Assembly: GCA_030704615.1 (NCBI GenBank)
Contig: CM060731.1
Span: 40,424,001-40,488,000 of the forward strand
Direction: 5' to 3'
Source: Takakia lepidozioides
Taxonomy: Eukaryota; Plantae; Bryophyta
Length of the DNA stretch: 64,000 nt
The notes under the pieces are model-generated. The model did not search any database, had not been told where the DNA came from, and saw only the letters and a list, made by a program, of their open reading frames with translations. This document shows positions 54,650-64,000 of this stretch, in pieces; position 1 is the first letter of the stretch, and each line of letters opens with the position of its first letter. The position numbers and the translations under genes were made by a program.

Positions 54650-57322
54650 TTTATAAAGAGTGCACCCCCCAGGGGCCACTTTCACCTTCAGTGTCTTCTG
54701 AGGAAGGTTTAGACTCGGAGTCATGAGGATTCTCGCCGAGGGTGCAAGTCATTTCCGTGCCATTGTTGTGGGACACGATGGAGGAGATGTATGGAGCTAC
54801 CAAGGGGCCACGTAGGTACTCTGGAGCTGTGGGCACCATCGAGCTTGATGACTTTATACAAGAGTTTGACAGTTGGTGTGATTTGCAGCAAATGCGCAAT
54901 CCACAACTGTTTACGCCCTTTATGGCGTGGAAGGGGCTATTCCAGCACCTTGAGGGGCCGCCCATGGATGATTATCATGAATTTAGGCGGGGACATGCGG
55001 TGGAGATTGAGGAGTGGCGAGAGTATTGGTCACCTAACTATGTCTCAATCACTAGAGGCACAAGGGCAGCGGTGACACCAGCAGCTACACAAACATCTCC
55101 AACTACAAGCACTAGTAGTGGAACAAGTAGTGCCGGCACTTCTGCAGGTGGTACCAGTTCAAAAGGTGCTACTACTCCTCCTGCCACAATTACAACACAT
55201 GTGCCTAGATTCAACCCGGTGGTGGAGTTCTTCCAGGAGTTGCGGAGGAACTACCAAGGTGTACGGACAGAGAAGCTGCGAAGTTTGCAAGACTTCCAGC
55301 GCAAATCCAGTGAGAGCTTGCGAGAGGCCTGCACTCGTATGAGGCGCTTGATAAGTGTGACCCAAGGGGTTACTGAAGCTCAGGCAGTCCAGTTCTGGTA
55401 TGGAATTTTGGACAAGGAGCTCAAGAGAAGGATGCGGGATGCAACCCTGTTACAAGCGGCCCAACCCACATTAGCGGATGTGTTTCTGCTGGCTGAGCGG
55501 ATTGAGCTCAACATGGTGGAGGAGCGAGTTGTTACCATTGGATTTGCCAAGGACATGCCTGCACGAGGTGCAGCTACCAGCCAACAGGTACAAGGGACTG
55601 CCCAATAGCGTGGTCAGGGGGGCAAGGTTGCCCAACCCAAGTTCCATGGAGCTTACAGGGGATCTCAGGTGCAGAGGCCCGTGACATCTTTTGCAGGCCA
55701 ACAACAACCAGGGGTGATATGTTGGACATGTGGAGGACCCCATGTCAAGAGAGATTGCCTAGAGAGTGGCAGAAGGCCGGCACAAGCACAGCCTGCATAG
55801 TTGCAGTGTGGGCATTGTGGCAAGTATGGGCATGGAGATGCCCAGTGTTATGACTTGCACCCTGAGTTGCGCCCAGGCCAGTTCTAAGGGAACAATGGTG
55901 GCCGGGGGCGAGGTGGACCAGCCCAGAGAGGACGAGGTGGTCGGGCACGAGGTGCAGGCCAAGGGCAAGCTCAACATGGCCAAGGACGCGGAGGTCAGGG
56001 TGTTGACCAAAACATGGCCAACCGGCTTCAGCATCTAGAGCAGAGGCTCGCTGCCATGGCTACAGCTCAGGTGGTACCGGCTCCCAGGCGGGATGGTCCA
56101 CCTCCTGCTCCTAAAGGAGGAGATATGGGAGGCATGGGATTCATGTGCGGAGCAGCACTACCACTAGTGCAGGTGGAGTCTGCTGCAGCCGTGACTCGAG
56201 GAGCAGCACGAGTTCCTGAGCCACGAGGTGTAGAGGTGGAATTGGATCCACAGCGTGGGGAGGCAAGCCGTTAGGCGAGGCTTCCTCAATCATTCACATT
56301 GGCGGAGACAGTGTCGACGCCATCCATGGCACCTAGTTCTCGCCCGACTGTTACCGAGGCGGAGGTTACTATGCCATTGGGGAGAGCTACACATGCAGCA
56401 CTGACACCTGCTACCAAGGCTAGTGCAGCCGGTGTGTTATTGGGGGCAGCCACCTCTGTGTGTCAAGCCCCACTGTTTTTCGGCAACCATGATTGCGATG
56501 CCGGGGGTAAGACCAGCTGCAGTGTTCAGACTAGCAGCAACACTCTGCGAGAGTGGGGAGGTCACTTCATCTTCTGCGGAGTTACTGGAAGGTGTAGTGG
56601 CAGAGGGATCCTCGGATTTGAGGGTCAAGACTGCCACGGCTGCGCCATGGCAAGCTGCAGCTGTCAAGTTGACGGAGCTGCCAGCTAGGCTAGCCTTTGA
56701 GCGCGCCATGGTGACACCTGGAGTTGTCTTGTTAGACAACCAGAGAGGCATTTTCACTTTGAGTGGACCCGCAGGCAAGAAGTACCGGCCACTGCGGGTC
56801 TTGTTGGACTCATGAGCTCAGCCACTGATGTTGGGTAGAGCTGCTATTGCAGGTTTGGGCCTCATAGAGGCGGATATGAAGCCTTCTCCTTTCCAAATAC
56901 AGACATCTTTGGGAGGATCAGAGTAGGCTCGGGGCATGACACGGCGTGAGTTGGCCATTGGACTATAACCAGATCATCCTGTAGATGGCTCAGTGATGTG
57001 AGCCAAGGCCATTGTGACAGACGTGGTCTCTTACGATGTCCTTGTTGGTGGGGCAGTGTTATATCCCATGGGCTTCACCCTGGACTTTTGGGAGGAGTCA
57101 GCATCCGACAGCCCTGGATGGCAGTCAGGGGATGGTCGTCGTGCACAGCTCCCTGTGACATTCATTGGGGGTATTGCGGCTGCCCAGCGGGGCAAGATGC
57201 CAACACTAGCCGCCTTTACAGCTGCAGTTAGTTGGCCTGGAGAGTTGCTGGAAGGCAATGCCCATGCAAAGGATGTGGCACCTCCAGCAGAGCAGGATGA
57301 CATGCATGGTACGGCGGAGTTG
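54650..57322 (+). mobile_element. Gypsy gag and aspartic protease region (degenerate)
   Basis: Retrotrans-gag-like ORF 54742-55608, zinc knuckles CWTCGGPHVKRDC (~55720) and CGHCGKYGHGDAQC (~55807), and protease RVLLDS*AQP...YDVLVG. Confidence 0.82.
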
Positions 57323-57517
57323 CAAATTGATGCTTGTGTGAAGGGATTTCTAGAGGATATCTAGAAAACCCGGATTAATTCTATATATGAAGGTAAGTCT
57401 TACTACCAACGTCAGCCCCTGACAGAGGTAGGTTCTGTCCCTTTTGTTCCCGCTCAAACTGGGCGCGGGGTCAAAGTCCACAAGGCTACGGCAAACAACG
57501 TCTTATGAGTACAATCT
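57323..57517 (+). mobile_element. LINE 3' terminal fragment
   Basis: Nearly identical to 14566-14760 and ends TTATGAGTACAATCT. Confidence 0.9.
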
Positions 57518-58579
57518 AACTACCTTCCCACTGGAAACCATCCTCCCTCTGCCCACATATCATTGAAGTACATCTCCAAAGGTAAGGATTGCAAAGGTAA
57601 GGATCTGAGATTGGATCAAACATAGGTCTGAAGGAAAACCGAACTGTTTATGTCTTTTCCTTCTCTCCTTTGCATGCTAAAGGAAGCCAACATATTTATA
57701 CGTTTTAATCCAAGGAGTGGCCCCACCTTTGCCCTGGTTGGTGACAGTGATGCACTTAAGCAAAAGACAAACATACATATCTGAATCTGCTAAAATGCCT
57801 CATTGGTTTAGAATCTGTAGAGCCTCTGTCAGGCTGTCTGCCGCACAAAGTATCTTCACATGCCCAGAAATGTCAGAAGAGGCATTGTGGACTCCCTCTC
57901 TTGATCCTCTTTCAGAAGCTATGGTCATGGTTGAGGTGCCTGATTTTATCATCTGTGCCGCAATAGCTGCCTTTAGTTTACCATCTACCCATGTAGGTTT
58001 CTTGTAGCTACTGACCCACATGGAATCAAGGTAATCTGGAGCTTGAAGTCCAACCCTCGTGGATGAATCTGGACCCACACTCTATCCCTGCTCCTTCAGG
58101 CAAAAACATGGAAAAACTCTGATAACAGGGAAAAACAGGCTGAAATGTGTTGAAGAATGTACCTTCATTAGCATCGCCTTGTTCTATCAATTGCACTACT
58201 GCCGCTGATGTTTCCAGTTGACCATCTACCCGCGCGATTGCTTGTAGCTATTGATCCACAGGGAAACAGAAAGAAATTTGTGTTTGAAATCCGGCCCTCT
58301 TGGATGAATCTGGATCTCTATCCCTGGTCCTCAGCTATCCCTGCCTGTGGACAAATCATGAATACATCCTCAGCCTTGCTACTAGCAGCTGACACTGATG
58401 GCATGAAGTTCTTCCAGCAAACACCCTAAACCCTAATGATGAGAGGGAAAAACAGACTGAAATAGGTTGAAGAATAAGGTACAGGGAGCACAAAATCACT
58501 CCAAAACCACCATAGATCCACCAACGAGCTAACTTGCAGAATTCAACATGAAAAAATAGGGACGACTCTACTACTTCCA

Positions 58580-60238
58580 ACAACTATCTCCGCATGGCAG
58601 TGGGGCAAGGCCACATCAAATTCATTCTTTCTATTATGGGTGCTGAACACAACACACTTCTCTTCAAATGTACTCCTCAGAGCCTCAACATGCCTGCATG
58701 CTGACACTGGTGCATATCAATGATTCCATGGTTCCTCCTTCACACAACACAAAGTAGGAATGCTTCTGATTGAGGAGCTTGCGACTTTGATTTCCTCTAC
58801 AGGAGACGGACAAAGAACAACAAAGGGCATCAAACAACAACAACAAATTGTGACTCTCTGCCAATCACCTTTGAATTAGTGAGAGGAGCCTATGTCCTTC
58901 ACTTGCCAGACACTGCACCACAAGAGGTTTTCCAAAGAGCTCTTTAAACCTGCGCAGTTCTCCCATCACCTGCACACAGCTGTCAGCACAACAAAACACA
59001 TACCATTTAAAAAGATGTGGTTGTGCAAGGATACACCGACCTCTTTATCTTCTTACTAGCCTTCATTTACCAAGGTTCCCCAACAGAGGGAAACTTTGCA
59101 TATAAAGTCAGTGCAATTGGGACATTCCTGAAAGCTAAAGAGAAATTTGCAAACACCAGATGGTCTAAGCAACGCATTATAACCAGAAGAAAAGAAGTTT
59201 GCCACCTGATGAGGCCGAGCCATAGCTGAAACAGAGTTGTTTGCATTTTCTCTGACAGATGCTGCAAAGGAAGGTAGGAGAGAAGAGCAAAAGAGTTCCC
59301 GCAGTTTTAAGGCTATCTTCCCCTCTATTGGAAGCATCTTTTCCTCATACTCCACCAAAGCAGCCTACATCAGACATACAACATGAATCTATCTGTAAAT
59401 ATTGGGTGTCCTAGAATGCTGCTCTGATGCCAAACCAAAATTATCGAACCCTTTGCATGCATCTTTCAACACATGTATCTGCTTTTAGGGTTTCACCTAT
59501 ACCTCGTTGAGAAAGCAGATAAAGATCTATATATTTTGTTAAATCGACTAGAATGAGAAAGTCTTTTCAGTCAATACCACTTGTTACCACTGAAACAAGA
59601 CTATGAGCCCTTAGAATGAACAGGTGGGAGAAAGCAACCTTCCACAGACTCTCAGCAGTCGACGTGCATTCAAAAGGTCTCACAGTAGAGAAAGGTTGGA
59701 ACACACGCTCAGCCAGTGAGCGCCATCTCATTTGCAGAGACCAGCATCAGCAGCCTTTCATGTACCTGCGCTAACATTGTTTGTAACAGATTGTTCATTT
59801 TGATTTTCCACCCTTTGTAGCAACAAGGCTCAAGCACTGAAGGAAGGACATGCTACGTAAGCCGCTGCAATCTAACTAAGATGAGGGCATGTCAGATGTC
59901 ACCATGTACTCTTCTGATGCAAAACCTAGCTCTAGTCAGCAAGAACAGGTCTGCATGAATGAGTTCTCATCTATTGTGTGCATAATGATATCTGACTGAA
60001 CAGAGAGTCAACCCCGACTTCGGTTTACTCCTAGATGCTAGTGTAACACGGTACTAACCTCTCGTATTTTGAGGATGTCATCAAGTCGAGTATGAAACAT
60101 CAACAGCATGTCATCCTTGAAGGGCTTCCCTACCCAAGTATGAAGCTCAAACATGGGCCAGGTCAACTGTGTCAAGTGCAGCGTAGCATGCTCCCACTTC
60201 TCAAGCAGCCTTAAGCCTTGTGTAAGTGCTACCTCTAC
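58580..60238 (-). pseudogene. DHC1b: Five-exon fragment of cytoplasmic dynein-2 (IFT dynein) heavy-chain N-terminal tail. Exons 60238-60059, 59765-59639, 59364-59206, 58969-58869, 58693-~58580
   Basis: Spliced translation VEVALTQGLRLLEKW..LT..TW...HTW...RLDDILKIRE / VHERLL...ERVFQPF...SLWK / AALVEYEEKMLPIEGKIALKLR..PHQ / VMGELRRFKELFGKP... aligns from memory with the DYNC2H1 tail. Borders are GT-AG. There is one frameshift in the second exon (127 nt). Confidence 0.75.
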
Positions 60239-60259
60239 CTGAAGACGAGGTTAGCTATT

Positions 60260-63200
60260 TCATGAGCATGAGCGGCATGAGCGGCATGAGCAGCATGGGC
60301 AAAGTAGCAAGACAATCGGTTTTCATGAGCAAAAGTACAAATTTCGAAAATAAAAAACATTATAAAACATTAATTTAATACAATGTGTCAGAAAAAACAA
60401 ATATATTATTCGGCACCTTGAAGGGGAAATTGTAGTTTTGAGAGTTGTGCTCATGATATTTCGTCTTCCGCTCATGCCAATTCCCAGGACATGTGCAAAA
60501 ATGGCGCCGAATTTCGCGGTAACGTCTGCGTTGTGGCGTGAGCAAATGTGGGAGTCAAAAATCTGCCGCTGAAACAAGGTGCAGGTACAACACCGTGTGG
60601 GTTCCTCCGAATCATCTCACCATAGCATGCTCTCGTATCCACCCGAATGGCGCAGCACTTCCCTCGAAATGCCGGCAATGTCCTTGCAATTCTCCACTGT
60701 GACTCCGACACTCTTGTCTCCACAATGGGTATGTTGTACTGCGTTACCACAGATGGCTTGTTATGTTCCTCGGGCACGTGCCCTGTGCTCAAAGGAGATG
60801 GCGCTCTTGAACGTGCAGGACTTGCGGTGCTCGACGAAACCTCCTCGGGCAACATCACGGGACCACGAGGGAGCGTGCGAATATTCTTGTCAGCTCGCCA
60901 TGAATCCTCTTCCCCGCCAGGTGCCTCGTCAAGTCTTCGTCTCACTGGACGGGTATGAACATCTCCTTCCAAACCAGATGCACTGCAGAGGAGGCACGCC
61001 AGGATGAATGCACTGATTCGGCCATGTTTGTCGTGGGCATGTCGGTGTCGGAGTCGAGACACAAGCACATGTTGAGGTTACAAGCAAGTTACAAATAATG
61101 CCAAGAATAATATTCAACGGGACGCGAATTCGTGCAACTCACCTCCCGCATATAGTCGCCGAACTGGAGGAAACGATAATGCCACCATGCTAGCCAACTG
61201 ACCATTGCTCCCTCGTCTGATTTCCTTACAGCACCTGACGATGTCCACCAAGCCCGTATACATGCAAACTGTGTCTCTGCATCATCCAAGGTGGGAGCGC
61301 GCTTCCACGCAAGACACATGGAACGGTGCTCATCTCTGAAATCTGGCGCCACGAACCTGGTTGTGTACTGCGAAAGGCTCTGTAGAAAATGGAACCCACA
61401 AGATCTCTCCTTGCCTTCCATGGGAACATTGGGGTCTTGCCCGTACACCCTTCGGATGGCAGCCCAATTTGCTTGTGCGTTGTCCGCCATGAAACCACAG
61501 AAATTGGGAGGGGCAATCCCGCCTTGGCCATCTGTTCGTTTATTCCCTGCCAAAGAAGCATCTCCGATTGTGTGTCCTCTCTTTTCATCTCACAAATAGC
61601 AATTGTCATTATTATCCTGCAGTGCGTGTCATAGACATGTGCACCCATTGTCACCCACTGGTGATTTGTAATTCGCTTGATATGGTCGAACATGACCCAA
61701 CTGTTTGACAAGTCCCCACTCGTCATCCTGTCGACCAGTTCGATGCCGCTGCCAGGTCCACACGTGGACATTTTGAATACGAAACAACGATCTGCCTCAG
61801 TCCCTTGTCCTGGAAACCTACTTCCATGAATGTAGTCATATCCACATCGTCGCTTCACCTCCAGAATGGAGTGCATATCCGAGCCACGCCCAATTTTCTG
61901 TTTGCATGAGACAATGTGGTTTCGGACATTCGGTGAACATACGTGGGACACTGACTCCAGCAATGCCTCCATTTCCTTCTCATCGAGAGGAACTCTATCG
62001 AAGCCGTCTTCCGACAGAATTGTGGCCAAGGCCATCTTATGGGCGGCTTGGAGCTGTATCTGTTTGGGTTTGGCACCCGGTCTCAACTTAACCTCCTCCT
62101 GAATGAGCTGCTCTGCCTCGTGGGCAGCCTCCCGCGAGTTCCCCCTCGCCAATTTGTGACAATGGGAACCAACGTGTATGCAAGCTCGGGTGAGGTCTGG
62201 GAAACGGTGCAACACATAGAACTGCTTGGCATTACAAACAGACATGCAGTGTGGTGGTTCTTTGCAATGCGCACACTTAAATGTGGAGTTCGGAACCTTC
62301 TCCTGAGCACGAAATGGTTGATGAGCTGTGCCTGTCCAATCGGTCTCGTTCCTGTGACCTCTGGATTTAAAATAGAAGCAAGTTGGGGAGAAACACCGCA
62401 ACGCGCCCGCACAAACAACGTAGCGCACCCGCACACCATCGAGCATCTTCATGCTGGTGGTTTTGGTGACGCACCAAGGATGACCGTCATGTTTTCTATC
62501 CATATCTGTCAACATTCCGGACGCCCTCGAGTAGTCCGTCCGAGGAGGGAACTCAAAGAAGATATTACCGTCGACGTCTGCGGGAAGGCATGTAACCGAT
62601 TTAATTGCGAACTTGCTGTAGTCCAGCCCGGCCAGCTCCGAGCGGTGTCCCTCCATGTGAAGCCCTCGCAAAATTTCAAGAATAGATCAAACTGCAGTGC
62701 TCGTGCTGGGAATATGACTCCCTCGTCCACTGACGTCCATTGGGGACTTGCCTGATCTCCAGGACGACCTCGGAACTTCCATGACCTCGTCTGAGTCGGA
62801 CAGGTTGTGAACAACCCGGTTCTCGCTCGTCTTCATGGATGGGTTCGGCTCTGGATTTACTTCGTTGCGGACTTCTCTCTTTGAGGTAGCCACTCTCTGA
62901 TTCGCGGATTGTTTCGTGGAAGGCGCCAGGATAGAAGGTGCATTTGGCGGGCAAATGAAGTCCCCAACAGCCCTATATATGACGTTGTCCGATGGTGGAA
63001 CTCGCCATTCCCTGCCATCGCCGAAATCATCGTGGAGCACAACAATACTCTCGACAACAACGCCGTTTGAGTCCTTCCTTTCCTCCTCCAAAAAAACCGA
63101 CCCCGGTTTCAGGTGGTATCGAACGCACACATATTTCTCCATCACCCGGCAGATGTCCCCTCTGCACGGAAATGAAGCTCTATGCTCGTGAGGAGGGCAG

Positions 63201-63350
63201 TACACTGTAGCGCTCGGGTTTTCCGCCATGGGAGATGTGCACACAAGACTCCCAGGATGGCGTGCGGGCAAGCTCCCTGGTAGAAGGGGGATGCAGCGAT
63301 GGGAAGGAATGCGGTGCCGATTTGTCCGAGCGACAAAGCCTGATCCAAAT
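60260..63350 (-). mobile_element. MULE-like (DxxH/CxxH group) DDE transposase, frameshifted
   Basis: Cys/His-rich N-terminal domain, then VMFDHIKR, FMADNAQANW, ERSCGFHF and, after an intron at ~61142, PTTNMAESVHSSW. CATGAGC(GG) repeats at 60261-60297 mark the probable end. Confidence 0.72.
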
Positions 63351-63499
63351 CCAGGGAGCCAACTATCTCAAAAATCCACAGTCAGAGTGTTAATAAACCT
63401 TGTCTCAGGAACGCGGCCCCTGGTCTTTGCGCAATAACTGCCAACGGTATGCAGTCAGAAAGTGGGGGGCCGTCCGGATGATGTCGGCTGAAGGGGAGA

Positions 63500-64000
63500 A
63501 GCCGGCACCGTGCCGTCACATTACTACCCCCGGATGAAAATTCGGCACCGAATATCCAGCAGGGGCCGCACGAATGAAGTCACCTCGGGCACGGAGGCCG
63601 GAACCTATCCGACACAGAACAACCCCCGGATGGAAATTCAGCGCCGAATTTCCATTCGGATCCCCCCAAAGGAAGTCGTGTCGGGGGGTTAGGCCGAAAA
63701 CTGGCCGTCATAAAAACCTCCCCGGATGGAAAAACGGCGCCGAATTTCCATCCGAGGCCGTTCAGATGCAGTCGGGGAGGGGGGAGAGGCCGGCACCTGG
63801 CCCTCACATTACAACCCCTGGACGGAAATTCGGCACCGAATATCCAACAGGGGAAGCCCGGATGAAGTCGCCTTGGGCGTAGAGGCCGGCGCTAATTCGA
63901 CAGAGAGCATCCCCTGGATGGAGATTCGGCGCCGAATTTCCATCCGGGCCCCACCAAACGAAGTCATGTCGGGGGGGCAGGCCGAAAACTGGCCGACATA
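63500..64000. repeat. GC-rich tandem array, about 96-bp monomer in an about 289-bp higher-order unit; runs off the window
   Basis: CCCC(C/T)GGA(T/C)G.AAATTCGGC(A/G)CCGAAT.TCC at ~63527, 63623, 63719, 63815 and 63912. GGCCGAAAACTGGCCG at 63692 and 63980. Confidence 0.85.

Noticed and set aside
57800-58078. Possible PPR-protein N-terminal fragment (VKILCAADSLTEALQIL)
   Set aside because: The resemblance is too short and weak to call without a search.

Overview
Eukaryotic nuclear DNA from a seed-free land plant, probably a bryophyte. This is inferred from spliced plant genes, a plant-type snRNA promoter and an IFT-dynein (DHC1b) fragment. Host genes: the last exon of a RAD5/HLTF-like SNF2 helicase, a divergent U1 snRNA gene, an intronless RUS6-like gene, a 7-exon NAD-IDH catalytic subunit and a multi-exon TCP11-domain gene. 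The rest is transposon-rich, and two unrelated elements carry chromatin-writer domains. (1) A CACTA/EnSpm gene at 8.2-11.3 kb has a first coding exon that can be spliced in phase either to a Pro-rich SET-domain exon or to the transposase exon. (2) A Ty3/Gypsy LTR retrotransposon encodes a C5 DNA methyltransferase between protease and RT, plus a PHD finger after integrase. Between 42.6 and 57.5 kb this Gypsy, a P-element-like transposase and a LINE are cut into pieces and rejoined in scrambled, partly reciprocal order. A five-exon dynein-2 heavy-chain fragment and a MULE-like element with a higher-order repeat array close the window. All family assignments come from motif recognition by eye; no searches were run.
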